Shown piece after piece: positions 40,704 through 51,635 of a stretch of DNA of 53,691 nucleotides. Source of the DNA: a virus. Lineage: Duplodnaviria > Caudoviricetes. The notes under the pieces were generated by a model, which searched no databases, was not told where the DNA came from, and saw only the letters and a program-made list of their open reading frames with translations. Location of the stretch: IMG/VR virus record IMGVR_UViG_3300030430_003901, positions 1-53,691 of that record, one strand, 5' to 3'. A program made the position numbers and the translations under genes. Numbering within the stretch: position 1 is the stretch's first letter; each line of letters begins with the position of its first letter.

Positions 40704-41450
40704 ATGAAAAAAAAAGCAGAAATAAAAGACCGAGTCTATAGACTCACAAGAAAATCAGCTCCTTTGAGCTTCATGTTACCATCCAAAAGTTCCAAGCGTA
40801 ATCCACTCCTTTGGTTTGACGAAGAGAACGGAACCAATAGAGAATTAAGGTACGCAACAAACCAACAAAGCCCTTTTAAAGACGAGCAAGACGGAAATGC
40901 AATAGTCAGACCTATTGTTTTTGAAAATGGGTTATTACAGGTTCCAAAAAGAAATCAAGCATTACAAACATTCCTTAGTTACCATCCTATGAATGGTGTT
41001 AAATTTGAAGAGGTAGACTTAGCAAAAGATGCAGCTAGTGAAGTTGAAAACTTGAATGTTGAAGTAGATGCATTGATAGCCGCTAAAGAACTTACTTTAG
41101 AACAAACTGAAATGTTAGGAAAAGTAATTCTGTTTGGAAATGTATCTCAAATGTCTAGTGCAGAATTAAAAAGAGATGTACTTATATATGCCAAAAAATA
41201 TCCAAAAGAATTTTTAGCTGCAATATCGGACCCCGGATTACAATTAAACTCTACAATCCAAACATTTTTTGATGAAAAATTATTGATATTTAAAAATCAA
41301 AAAAAGGATGTATATTTTAATTTGCCCGGAAATAAAAAGAGATTAATACAAATTCCATTTGGCGAAGACCCTGTATATATTTTAGCATCTTATTTCAAAT
41401 CAGATGAAGGAATTGATAAGCTAGAATACTTGGAAAAAAAGCTTGGATAA
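40704..41450 (+). CDS. Conserved hypothetical protein downstream of MCP
   Basis: ORF track. Confidence 0.75.
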   Translation: MKKKAEIKDRVYRLTRKSAPLSFMLPSKSSKRNPLLWFDEENGTNRELRYATNQQSPFKDEQDGNAIVRPIVFENGLLQVPKRNQALQTFLSYHPMNGVKFEEVDLAKDAASEVENLNVEVDALIAAKELTLEQTEMLGKVILFGNVSQMSSAELKRDVLIYAKKYPKEFLAAISDPGLQLNSTIQTFFDEKLLIFKNQKKDVYFNLPGNKKRLIQIPFGEDPVYILASYFKSDEGIDKLEYLEKKLG

Positions 41451-41493
41451 AATTTGTATATTTGTTCTTTAGTAACTTATAAAAAATTCGAGC

Positions 41494-42087
41494 ATGGCAA
41501 TACCAAATGGAACTAAGTTTCACGGAGTCGCACCTGATGTTGAAACTCAAAACAAGGGTTCACAACTTTCAAATTCAGATAGAGATGTTTACACATTTCC
41601 TAATGATTTTGATTTAGCGACTTACACATATACAGGAACAATCGTAAATTTTGCTTACACCACACCCGAAGACCCATTTGGAGGAAACACCGTGATGTGG
41701 GGTGGTATACAATTTCCTTTCACTCAAACTTCCGTATTGATGTTTCCTGAAACAGTACAAGTTTCATCGGTGTTTTTCAAAGCATGTAAATCACTTGGAA
41801 CGGCTACTGCTGATTTTAATTATGTGTTTAATTTTTACACATCAAATGATTTGAATGCTAACCCAACTGTTGCAGGGACTTGGACTCAAAGTGGTTCTTT
41901 AGTGACTGAATTGACTGATGCTGATATGCCTACACCGGGTTTCATAGAAGATGTTGCGGCAGGTCAAAAATTAATAGTACCGCAAGGAACTATGTTAGCT
42001 ATGGCAGGTATTCAACTTGCAGGAAGCATAACTGCTGAGAATGCAGAAGCGGTAGTAGGCTTGGTAGCCAAACCTGTTATAGTGTAA
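41494..42087 (+). CDS. Putative decoration/structural protein
   Basis: Beta-rich; own -7 element and terminator. Confidence 0.5.
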   Translation: MAIPNGTKFHGVAPDVETQNKGSQLSNSDRDVYTFPNDFDLATYTYTGTIVNFAYTTPEDPFGGNTVMWGGIQFPFTQTSVLMFPETVQVSSVFFKACKSLGTATADFNYVFNFYTSNDLNANPTVAGTWTQSGSLVTELTDADMPTPGFIEDVAAGQKLIVPQGTMLAMAGIQLAGSITAENAEAVVGLVAKPVIV

Positions 42088-42109
42088 TTGAAACTTATTT
42101 ATCAATATC

Positions 42110-42145
42110 AAAAAGAGGACTAAAAATTAGCCCTCTTTTTTTTTT
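42110..42145 (+). terminator. Intrinsic (possibly bidirectional) terminator
   Basis: AAAAAGAGGACTAA-aaa-TTAGCCCTCTTTTTTTTTT. Confidence 0.8.
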
Positions 42146-42172
42146 GTTTATCTTTGTAAAAAAGATTTATAG

Positions 42173-42898
42173 ATGATAAATTCAGTTAGACAAACTGTCT
42201 TGTCTATTCTTAATAAGAATAATTACGGTTATGTATCTCCAAGCGATTTTAACTTGTTTGCAAAACAGGCACAGTTAGATATATTTGAAGATTACTTTTA
42301 TCAATATAATTATCAAATTAATAAAGAAAACGCAAGACAATCAGGAACAGGGTATGCTGATATTAAAAAAGGATATGAAGAAGTTATAGATACCTTTGGT
42401 GTTATAGCCCCTTTGATACAAACTGTTCCGGGTTCTCCGGGTTCAAATACTTGGAATATGCCGTCTGATTATTATTTAATAAATAAAATATTATATACGG
42501 ATGGAGCTCGTCAAAATGAAGTAGAAAGAGTTCATCAAAACAAAATCACTTTATTGAATCAGTCGATGCTAACTGCACCATCGTCTCTTTATCCTGCATA
42601 CACTCAAGCAGGTAGTATTGTAACGGCATTTCCTAGCACAATAAATAACGTAGGTGATTTAACTTGTCAGTATATTCGATTCCCAAAAGACCCTGTTTGG
42701 ACATATATTACATTAGCAGGTGGTGAGCCGGTGTTTGACCAAACGGCTGCAGACTATCAAGACTTTGAATTACCACTTGATGACGAACCAAGTTTGATAA
42801 ATAAAATATTGCAATTTGCAGGTATGTCAATTAGAGAAATACAAGCTGTTCAGTTTGGACAGGCACAAGAGGCTTTGGAGGACCAACAAGAAAAATAG
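42173..42898 (+). CDS. Head-tail adaptor / tail ring protein
   Basis: FNLFAKQAQLDIF, MPSDYY, YIRFP..P; position after capsid genes. Confidence 0.6.
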   Translation: MINSVRQTVLSILNKNNYGYVSPSDFNLFAKQAQLDIFEDYFYQYNYQINKENARQSGTGYADIKKGYEEVIDTFGVIAPLIQTVPGSPGSNTWNMPSDYYLINKILYTDGARQNEVERVHQNKITLLNQSMLTAPSSLYPAYTQAGSIVTAFPSTINNVGDLTCQYIRFPKDPVWTYITLAGGEPVFDQTAADYQDFELPLDDEPSLINKILQFAGMSIREIQAVQFGQAQEALEDQQEK

Positions 42899-42901
42899 AT
42901 T

Positions 42902-43825
42902 ATGTCATATATAACACCATATCAATATTACGAGAACGGAGGAAATCTTCCCGAGAATGCTAATTGGGGGTCTTATCAATATGTGAGCCTACAAGACATC
43001 ATAACTAATTTTCAATTGATGTATTCAGGCAATCACTCTTTAGTAAACAACGAAGAGAGGTATAAGATTCTTTTTCATGCCAAAAGAGCAATACAAGAAT
43101 TAAATTATGACGCATTCAAAGAAGTTAAAATATTAGAACTAGATGTTTGTAAAGAGATGCGATTTGTACTTCCACAGGATTATGTAAATTGGGTACGAAT
43201 ATCTTGTTTTAAAAACGGATTACTTTATCCTTTAACAGAAAACATTCAAACCAACTATGCAGGTGCATACTTACAGGATGATAAATGTAGAATTTTATTT
43301 GACCATGATGGGAATATATTGAAACCTGAAAACTCAAATTTAGATTTGGAAAGAATAACGGGGGGTTTGAAAAGTATTTACCTAAATAAAAATAGCATAT
43401 TTTATGGGTACGAAGGATATTGTTGTGATGGTTATTGGTATTTTGACTACACTATAGGTTCTCGATTTGGATTGAATACAGAAACTGCAAACGCAAACCC
43501 TACATTTAGCATAGATAATAAAGGTGGAGTGATTAATTTTAGTTCAGGCATGGCAGGAGAAAAATGTGTTCTTGAGTATATTTCTGACGGCATGGAGCAA
43601 GGAGATAATTCCAAAATTACAGTAAACAAATTATTTGAAGAATATATTTATGCATATATCGAATTTGCTATTTTAAGTTCAAAATTAGGTGTACAAGAAT
43701 ACATAGTAAACAGGGCGAGAAAAAGAAAAAGTGCTTTGTTGAGAAATGCCAAAATAAGAATTAGCAATATACATCCCGGTAGATTATTAATGAATCTAAG
43801 GGGTAGAGATAAATGGATAAAGTAG
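42902..43825 (+). CDS. Second tail ring / tubular protein
   Basis: AKRAIQEL, LPQDYVNW, LEYISDG; position. Confidence 0.6.
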   Translation: MSYITPYQYYENGGNLPENANWGSYQYVSLQDIITNFQLMYSGNHSLVNNEERYKILFHAKRAIQELNYDAFKEVKILELDVCKEMRFVLPQDYVNWVRISCFKNGLLYPLTENIQTNYAGAYLQDDKCRILFDHDGNILKPENSNLDLERITGGLKSIYLNKNSIFYGYEGYCCDGYWYFDYTIGSRFGLNTETANANPTFSIDNKGGVINFSSGMAGEKCVLEYISDGMEQGDNSKITVNKLFEEYIYAYIEFAILSSKLGVQEYIVNRARKRKSALLRNAKIRISNIHPGRLLMNLRGRDKWIK

Positions 43826-43826
43826 A

Positions 43827-46800
43827 ATGGCAAATGTAACTAGAAATTTTGTAGCAGGTAAGATGAACAAAGGTCTTGATGAGAGACTCTTGCCTAATGG
43901 TCAGTATATAGATGCTGTCAATGTTCGTTTAGGTTCTACTGAAGTTACAGAGATTGGAGCAGTTGAACTAGCTAAAGGTAACGAACAACTCACCACTCTA
44001 TCATTTAACAACACACCTTTATCGTCTGATGCCAAATGCATAGGGGCTTTTGAAAATGGAGAAAACGAAATTCTTTATTGGTTTGTCCATGACCCAAATT
44101 TTCCTGTAGGTGCTACCGGCAAGTGCGATATGATAGTATCTTTTGATACTACAAATAATTTACTTGTATATCACATAGTAAGTATTGATGACGGAGGCGG
44201 AATAAATACCACATTAAATTTTGATGAAAAAGAATTAGTATTGGGGGTCAACCTTATTGAGAACTTATTATTTTTTACTGACAACTTTAATCCACCTAGA
44301 TTTATAAGCACCACAAAAAACTATCCTAACCCTGTTTTAAATGTAGACCAATTTTCTGCAGAGGATATTCTTGTTATAAAGAGACCCCCGGCTTTTGCCC
44401 CGATTATAACACCATTACCATCTAATTCAGCCAACAACTATATGGAAGATAGGTTTTTATCTTTTGCTTATAGATATAGGTATGCAGACAATGCATTTTC
44501 TGCAACATCTCCATTCTCTCCTCCGGCTTTTATACCCGGTCCTTTTAATTTTGAGTTTGACACTTTTTTAAACGGTGGTATGTTAAATTCTACAAACATA
44601 GTTAGAATTGAATATAATACAGGTGGACCGCTAGTGGTTGGAGTAGACCTTTTGTTTAAGGATAACAGCACGAATGTGATTAAAGTCATAGAGTCTTTTA
44701 ATAAAGAAGATTTAGGACTACCGGACAACTCAACAGAAACATATACATTTAGTAACAGTAAAGTATTTCAAGTTTTACCCGACACAGAGATATTCAGGAC
44801 ATTTGACAATGTGCCATTGAAAGCCAAGGCTCAAACTCTTATGGGTAACAGATTGATGTATGGAAACTATTTTGATGGTAATGATGTCGTAGATGAATTT
44901 GGTTCTCCTGTTAAATTAGAATATTTTACTAACTCTATTAGTGAAGAAGTTGATAACGAATCATTAACTGTAACCTTTGATACAGGAACTTATAATATAG
45001 ACCCAACTGCTCAAGGAGAACAAATACCTAATAGTGTTTTAGTTTTAGATTTTTCAACAGTAGATTTGGTTCAAGGAGCCGCATTTACAGTAGATGCAGA
45101 TTTATCTCATGCTGACTTTACAAGTGACACATTAACAGAAACAAATGATAATATAGCGATTGATTTTACATTCTTACTTCCTGCGAGTTATAATGACGCT
45201 TTTACCATGGCAAATTCTCAAGAATTTATTGATGCTGTATCTGCGATTGAGGCAAACTTTGCAGACTCTTGTAATGGAACTTCATTAACTGACCAATACA
45301 ATTGTGACGCATTGAATACTTTAAATGATACAACTAATAATACTGCATATGATAAATCAGGTAGTGGTGTAGATGGATTGGGCGAAGGATTTAAAATTAT
45401 TGCTTCTCAGGCAACTCCCAATATTATTAAAATACAACTTAATGCACTTGAATATACCGATACTGCTAACCCCGGCAATGTATCTTATGAGTATCAAAGT
45501 ATAAGTCTTGCTACTGCAGAGTTTACTAAGATAGCAAACGCAACAAGTCTTCATAGCAACAGGGGATATGAAATAGGTATAATATATTTAGATGAATTTT
45601 CTAGAGCCACTACAGCCTTGGTTAGTGAAAACAATAACGAATATTTCCCTTGTGGAAGTTCAGTAAGTCAAAATAAAATACAAGTAGAAATACCTCCTGC
45701 TCAATTAGCTCCACCATGGGCGAAGTATTATAAGTTTTGCATAAAGCCTGATAAAGAAAATTATGACATTATATACTCAAACTTGTTTTTTGAGGATGTC
45801 ACTTTAGGTTCTACATGGTTTTTGCTAGAGGGTGAAAATAGCAGAAAGATAGAAGAAGGAGATGAGCTTATTGTAAAAGCTGATACTGATGGACCAATAA
45901 CTCGATGTACGAGAGTAAAGGTGTTATCTAAAGAGGCGAAGGGAAGTAACTTTATTCTTCCACCCCCACTTGATGATGCAGGAAATCCTATTGGTGGTTT
46001 TGACGAAGATGGTAATGAGTTGCCCGGTGTTCCTGCAGGAACATATATGAGATTACGAACCAATCAGTTTACAACTGCATCGGGTGATAACCCTTTTCAA
46101 GAAGATAGTGCCAAGGGAAGTGCTCAAAGAGATGGTTTCTTAGGTCCACCTGAATGTAAAACTTTAAAATTACAAATAGGAAGTATAGATAACCCTGACA
46201 CTCCTACAGGTGCATATAACCCTCTTGTCCCTTCAACTTTTGATAGAATAGATTTAGATATACCTGCAGGTTCAACTTTAAGAGTTACAATAGATAATAA
46301 AAGAAACGGAGGTAGTGGTGATAAATGTGAATTAGTAGAATATTTAACAGATGTTACCGTGACAGCATCTCAAGATTATGCGAATGTATTTGATTTTTTT
46401 AATGCTCAGAATATTTATGGAGCCATGGTTTCAGCACAAAGTGCACGAACAGATACCAATGCCTCACCACCTGAATTAGTATATCCTGACCAAACTTTAC
46501 AAAATGGGGCTCCACAAGGTTTACCTTGTAATTCAGGTGATGTCTCAATAGCATGGACAAGAGATAATTCAAATGCAGGTGAAAAAGGTCAACTTAGATT
46601 TCATGTTAGAAGTAGCAAGTCATGTGGTGAAAACAAAAACAGAAGAGTAAACTTAAAAATTAGCATGACGCTAATTCGTAGGAACACTTTGATTGTGTTT
46701 GAAACTGTTCCACAAGATGCAGCTCCTGACCTTTGGTATGAAAGTGCAGATACCTTTGCTGTATTTCCTGATGGAACTCATGAAGGTAATGTACAATCAC

Positions 46801-49244
46801 AAACTGCAAATCAAAATGCTATTATAGATACTGACTTTTTTAATTGTTACACTTTTGGAAATGGTGTTGAAAGCAGCAAGATAAGAGATTCTATAGTAGG
46901 TAAACCATTGGAACTAGGTAATAGAACAACAAGCACATCCGAGAAAGAATTTGAATTAGCACATCGTTTTGCTGATATAACCTATAGTGGTGTATTTAAT
47001 GCTGAAAGCAATGTCAATAAACTCAATGAGTTTAATTTAGGACTTCTTAACTTTAAAACATTAGAAGATGAGTATGGTCCTATATCTTTGATGGATGGAA
47101 GAGCTACTGATATTCTTGTGTTACAAGAGGATAAAATATCTTATGTTTTACAGGGTAAAAACTTATTAAGTGATTCAACAGGAGGGGGTGCTGTAACATC
47201 AGTCCCACAGGTTTTAGGTACACAAATAGCTCGAATAGAAGATTATGGGAATAGCAACAATCCTGAAAGTTTTGCAAAATGGGGTGCAGATAAATTCTTT
47301 ACTGATGCAAAACGAGGAGCTGTATTGCAACTTAAAGGCAGTTCGGCACAAAACGAAACTTTACAAGTAATATCTGAAACAGGGATGCGTTCTTATTTTA
47401 GAGATTTATTTATAAATAACTTTAATACATTTAAGTTGGGTGGCTATGACCCATACATGGATGAATATGTATTAAGTAATACAAATAGACAAATACCCGT
47501 CCCTGAAGTAGAGATACCATGTGGTATCACACAAAGTTTTACTTTAGGTAAAAACTTATCAGAAGAATTTTTATATAACTTAGGTTTTGATATTGGAAAT
47601 GTTGAGGTGGACTTTACAGTTTCAGGGTTACAAGCAGGTGAAGAAGTAGAAATTACAGGTATATACCCCTCCCCTTCAGGTCCTCAAGTTTTCAATCAAA
47701 TTATAAATGCAGACGGTTCTTATGCTTTGACATTTAATAAAAGTTTTGTAAATCAAAACTTACTAAAAGTTACGGTTGAAAAAGCGGGGGCGTTAACGGG
47801 TCAGCCTATTGATATTAACCTGACGGTATTTTGTCCTGATGCGGTGCAAATGAATGTAGTACAAGTGGCAATCACTAGCAACAATGAAGCAGGTAAATTT
47901 ATACATGATGAATACAGATGGAACGATACCACTTTTTTAAGTGCATTGCAGTCAGAACAAATAGAGTTTGAATCAGGAACAGGATTAATAGTTTCTCAGT
48001 TTTCTTCTGTGCAAGGTGCACAGGGAGGAAATATAGCACCGGCTGATGGAGCAACAGTAAAAATTATCAGTAATAAGATACCCGCTTTAGGAGATGACTT
48101 CAACTTTAATATAAATAGTAACTCATTTAAGTTTTTAAGAACAAGCACTACTTATCTCAACACCCCCACAGATATTGCTAATTTATTAGCAGCCGCTAAT
48201 GATATACCAAATATAACAGGCGGTGGAAATCAATTCGAAGGACAATTTACTATGCCTACATCAAATGACTCTAATTTATATTTAATATATGACTATAGAG
48301 ACCCAACTGAAGCTGAGTTATGTTATTCTTCAAGCGATGCAACTGATGCTTGTTGTGGATGTTCTTCAGGTGATACACCTTCAAATAGAGTAGCTACCCT
48401 TTGTAGAAAATATACTTCAGGTTCAATCGTTATAAATAACACATCCGGAAGTCCTGACTCGGTAATTATACCACCCACTTTAGGCGTGACACTCAATACA
48501 TTTGTAACCATAACAGGTGTGAGCAATGATTGTGAGTACAGAGTAGGGGCAGAAACTCCTGACGCATCAACACATACTGTCAATAATATTATAGTAAATC
48601 AAACAAATTGTAATCAAAGTGCCGGAACTTATACGGTAACAGCTACAGGAGCTGATGCAATAATAACAATCACAGATTCTTCGGGTACCACATTTACAGA
48701 GGAAATCCCTCAAACTGAAGAAAGAACTTATTGTGCGAGAGTTATATCTGTTGACCAAGGAAACCCTGTAATTAATTACACAGATTGTGGATGTTCTGCA
48801 TTAAATCTGATAGTAGAGAGGTGTGATGTATATAAGACAAATGGAATTACATCTGAAATAATAAGTCTTATAGCACAAAATAATATACCTTTATCTGCAG
48901 TTGCAATTGGTGATTTCGTAACATTAGCAGGTGTTGGTAACGCAGGGTGTATTTACGAGGTAGTTGGAACAACAAATCAAGTAGCCACAGAAGTAGCTCA
49001 ATCTTTTGCTAATGGTACTTGTAGTGCTGCATGTGGTACTTATGATTTATTCAACGGACAAGCAGAGAATATCACATTTGGATATTTAGATTGTCAGGGT
49101 AATCCAACCTTATTAACAGTTCCCGCAGGGGCATCAACAACTGTTTGCATGAGAGCTGATTCAATATTACAAGGAAATATAGGTGGTGGATTCCAAAATT
49201 TAACAACAACATTCTTAAATTGCGGATGTATAGCACCGGTATAA
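43827..49244 (+). CDS. Tail stabilisation / nozzle-like protein with Cys-rich C-terminal modules
   Basis: GKMNKGLDERL.PNGQY.DA.N, LFFTDN.NPPR, FAYRY.Y, GNRLMYGNY, NPESFA...FFTDAKRGAVL resemble crAss-like/P22 gp10-type proteins. Confidence 0.7.
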   Translation: MANVTRNFVAGKMNKGLDERLLPNGQYIDAVNVRLGSTEVTEIGAVELAKGNEQLTTLSFNNTPLSSDAKCIGAFENGENEILYWFVHDPNFPVGATGKCDMIVSFDTTNNLLVYHIVSIDDGGGINTTLNFDEKELVLGVNLIENLLFFTDNFNPPRFISTTKNYPNPVLNVDQFSAEDILVIKRPPAFAPIITPLPSNSANNYMEDRFLSFAYRYRYADNAFSATSPFSPPAFIPGPFNFEFDTFLNGGMLNSTNIVRIEYNTGGPLVVGVDLLFKDNSTNVIKVIESFNKEDLGLPDNSTETYTFSNSKVFQVLPDTEIFRTFDNVPLKAKAQTLMGNRLMYGNYFDGNDVVDEFGSPVKLEYFTNSISEEVDNESLTVTFDTGTYNIDPTAQGEQIPNSVLVLDFSTVDLVQGAAFTVDADLSHADFTSDTLTETNDNIAIDFTFLLPASYNDAFTMANSQEFIDAVSAIEANFADSCNGTSLTDQYNCDALNTLNDTTNNTAYDKSGSGVDGLGEGFKIIASQATPNIIKIQLNALEYTDTANPGNVSYEYQSISLATAEFTKIANATSLHSNRGYEIGIIYLDEFSRATTALVSENNNEYFPCGSSVSQNKIQVEIPPAQLAPPWAKYYKFCIKPDKENYDIIYSNLFFEDVTLGSTWFLLEGENSRKIEEGDELIVKADTDGPITRCTRVKVLSKEAKGSNFILPPPLDDAGNPIGGFDEDGNELPGVPAGTYMRLRTNQFTTASGDNPFQEDSAKGSAQRDGFLGPPECKTLKLQIGSIDNPDTPTGAYNPLVPSTFDRIDLDIPAGSTLRVTIDNKRNGGSGDKCELVEYLTDVTVTASQDYANVFDFFNAQNIYGAMVSAQSARTDTNASPPELVYPDQTLQNGAPQGLPCNSGDVSIAWTRDNSNAGEKGQLRFHVRSSKSCGENKNRRVNLKISMTLIRRNTLIVFETVPQDAAPDLWYESADTFAVFPDGTHEGNVQSQTANQNAIIDTDFFNCYTFGNGVESSKIRDSIVGKPLELGNRTTSTSEKEFELAHRFADITYSGVFNAESNVNKLNEFNLGLLNFKTLEDEYGPISLMDGRATDILVLQEDKISYVLQGKNLLSDSTGGGAVTSVPQVLGTQIARIEDYGNSNNPESFAKWGADKFFTDAKRGAVLQLKGSSAQNETLQVISETGMRSYFRDLFINNFNTFKLGGYDPYMDEYVLSNTNRQIPVPEVEIPCGITQSFTLGKNLSEEFLYNLGFDIGNVEVDFTVSGLQAGEEVEITGIYPSPSGPQVFNQIINADGSYALTFNKSFVNQNLLKVTVEKAGALTGQPIDINLTVFCPDAVQMNVVQVAITSNNEAGKFIHDEYRWNDTTFLSALQSEQIEFESGTGLIVSQFSSVQGAQGGNIAPADGATVKIISNKIPALGDDFNFNINSNSFKFLRTSTTYLNTPTDIANLLAAANDIPNITGGGNQFEGQFTMPTSNDSNLYLIYDYRDPTEAELCYSSSDATDACCGCSSGDTPSNRVATLCRKYTSGSIVINNTSGSPDSVIIPPTLGVTLNTFVTITGVSNDCEYRVGAETPDASTHTVNNIIVNQTNCNQSAGTYTVTATGADAIITITDSSGTTFTEEIPQTEERTYCARVISVDQGNPVINYTDCGCSALNLIVERCDVYKTNGITSEIISLIAQNNIPLSAVAIGDFVTLAGVGNAGCIYEVVGTTNQVATEVAQSFANGTCSAACGTYDLFNGQAENITFGYLDCQGNPTLLTVPAGASTTVCMRADSILQGNIGGGFQNLTTTFLNCGCIAPV

Positions 49245-49254
49245 TAATATAATT

Positions 49255-50193
49255 ATGGCAACATTAGGAACATTTTTTTTAGACGGACCAACATTAGAAA
49301 CTAGCACAACTGTTTTTACAGATGCTACTTTAACAACTGCCGCAGCAGACGGTTGGTATTCTGATTCCGTAAACTATAGACAACAAATAAATGGTATTTT
49401 AGGTCCTGTAGTGGCGTGTCCTTCGTGTGTGACTCCATGTGGAAGTGCTTTAACTTTTAACGGTGCTAACGGTCTTTACGAAATATCTTATGGTATAGGT
49501 ACTGACCTAGGTGCTATAATTGTTTATTTTGACCCGCAAAATGTTGTTGATGGAATTAGTTGTGTTTTTGGAAACCAAGTCTTTAACACAGCAACAAGTC
49601 CTCAATTCGGTTTTCTTGGTAGCGGAAGCACATATAATTTCTTAGGGGCTAATAATGCTTCAGGTGCAAATAATATTGGTCCCACATTAGATGCAGGAGG
49701 ATATACAGGGCAAGATTTTTATTTGGCAGATGCCAATGGTAACTTTCCAAATACCCCAACAAACTCAAATGGAGTAGTAACAGGTTCAAGTGCTGATGTT
49801 AATTTAACTCCTACTATAGGACCGGGTGATGTTACTATAGTAATTCCAAGAACAAGTGTTGCGTTTACAACCATAACGCTAAGAGCGTTTGGACCTCCGG
49901 GTGCGACTACTGCATGGGATGCAACAGTCAATTGCCCTGTGGCATTAACACCAACTCCAATTTCTGCACCTAATTCAGATTGTAGTGTAGCTTCTTTTCC
50001 TGATACAGTTTATGCAGCACCAAACATAAATGGAACACCGGGTAGCCCTGCAATAAACGAATTTGCTTTTTCAGATGCAAATGGCGAGATAGGATTCCCA
50101 CCCGGGAATGATTATGTTATAAATCTAGGTGCATCAACTGCATTGATTGATATAGACCAAAACCATGTAATAACTTCTTATACTCCTTGTTAA
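49255..50193 (+). CDS. Putative tail-associated structural protein
   Basis: Gly/Thr/Asn/Pro-rich beta protein with AADGWYSD and CPSC motifs. Confidence 0.6.
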   Translation: MATLGTFFLDGPTLETSTTVFTDATLTTAAADGWYSDSVNYRQQINGILGPVVACPSCVTPCGSALTFNGANGLYEISYGIGTDLGAIIVYFDPQNVVDGISCVFGNQVFNTATSPQFGFLGSGSTYNFLGANNASGANNIGPTLDAGGYTGQDFYLADANGNFPNTPTNSNGVVTGSSADVNLTPTIGPGDVTIVIPRTSVAFTTITLRAFGPPGATTAWDATVNCPVALTPTPISAPNSDCSVASFPDTVYAAPNINGTPGSPAINEFAFSDANGEIGFPPGNDYVINLGASTALIDIDQNHVITSYTPC

Positions 50194-50194
50194 T

Positions 50195-51070
50195 ATGCCA
50201 ACTTATACTCCCATAACCGAAGAATTTAAAAGAACAATTACTTATAGTGAGGACTCACAAGGTTTTCCATCTTTCTATTCTTACAACCCTGATTATATAA
50301 TTGGTATGAATCAGTTCCTATATACATTTAAAAATGGAAATCTATATAGGCATAATACCAACAACACAAGGAATGAATATTATGGAGAGCAGTTTCCGGC
50401 TCAAATTGAAAGTGTATTCAATGACCAACCATTAGAAAATAAAATATTCAAAACCCTAAACTTAGAAGGAGATGATGCGTGGTCTGCAAAGTTTACATCA
50501 GACATACAGATATATGGAGAAATAGACGCAGATTACTTTGTTAAAAAAGAGGGAGCATGGTTTGCATTCTTAAGAAGTAACAGTCCTACAGGTGGTGTTG
50601 GTGCAAGTGCATCCATACCGGTGGGTGCAAATTTAAATTTAAGAAGTATAAATGGTATTGGTCAAAGTATAGATACAGACCAAACAGACCCTGCTGCTAT
50701 ATTTATATTATTTGATATAGATAAACCATTGGGGAGTTTATATAATTTGGGTGACTTTGTTTATTTTAAAGATGGAGCTGATATTATTTTCTTAGGAACG
50801 CTAGTAGGAACTGCAATGGATTCATCATTTACGGGCTCACCTCTTGCAGGTATTATTGTTAATAGTACCAACGCAGGAACATATCCTGCACCTCAACCTA
50901 CAGCACCCCTCCCTATACAGATTGGGTCATTTTTCTTTACACTAAAGAATCCTGTCGCTGAATCACATGGCATACTCGGACATTATGGCATATTTCAATT
51001 AGAGATAGAAGCCAATACGGCATCAGAGTTATTTGTGGTAGAATCGGAGGTCATGAAATCTTTTCCTTAA
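50195..51070 (+). CDS. Protein resembling the C-terminal part of the stabilisation protein
   Basis: TITYSE...GFPSFYSY.PD...LYTFKNG.LY.HN...N.YYG...KIFKT..LEG...KEG.WFA. Confidence 0.55.
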   Translation: MPTYTPITEEFKRTITYSEDSQGFPSFYSYNPDYIIGMNQFLYTFKNGNLYRHNTNNTRNEYYGEQFPAQIESVFNDQPLENKIFKTLNLEGDDAWSAKFTSDIQIYGEIDADYFVKKEGAWFAFLRSNSPTGGVGASASIPVGANLNLRSINGIGQSIDTDQTDPAAIFILFDIDKPLGSLYNLGDFVYFKDGADIIFLGTLVGTAMDSSFTGSPLAGIIVNSTNAGTYPAPQPTAPLPIQIGSFFFTLKNPVAESHGILGHYGIFQLEIEANTASELFVVESEVMKSFP

Positions 51071-51092
51071 TTTTAGTATCTTTGTAATTAAT

Positions 51093-51635
51093 ATGGGTGT
51101 ATTATCTTTGACTAAAAGAAAAAAAACTTATAGACCTGAACAGATTTTAAATGCAGTACATCATCACCGTGGATTATTATGGGAAAAGATAGAGGCATTT
51201 AAACACTTGATAAGCTCTGTAGATGGAACGGCTACTCATAAGATAGGTGAGCCGCAAGAAAAGTTAATGAAAAAATACTACCCATTAAAACATCATTTTG
51301 AAGGTGGTTTATATACAAGAGAAATATTTATGCCCCAAGGGCATATATGTGTTTCTTTTATTCATAAACAACAACACCCTTCTTTTTTAGTCAAGGGTAA
51401 GCTTTCATATTTAAATGATGAAGGTGAAGTAAAAAATATTGAAGCACCTCATACGGTTTTTACTCAAATAGGAACTCAAAGAGTGTTTTACATACATGAA
51501 GATACCACTTGGATTTGTGTTTATAAAACAGATGCAGACAATGTGGAAGACGCAGAAAAAGAAATTTACGCAGATTCATTTGTGGAACTGCCAAAAGAAA
51601 TTATTAATAAAGCTTTAGAATTATGTCAGGATTAG
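51093..51635 (+). CDS. Cupin (RmlC-like) fold protein
   Basis: KHHFEGGLYTREIFMP.G...IHKQQH..FL.KG...EAP...GT.RV.Y.HEDT.W. Confidence 0.65.
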   Translation: MGVLSLTKRKKTYRPEQILNAVHHHRGLLWEKIEAFKHLISSVDGTATHKIGEPQEKLMKKYYPLKHHFEGGLYTREIFMPQGHICVSFIHKQQHPSFLVKGKLSYLNDEGEVKNIEAPHTVFTQIGTQRVFYIHEDTTWICVYKTDADNVEDAEKEIYADSFVELPKEIINKALELCQD

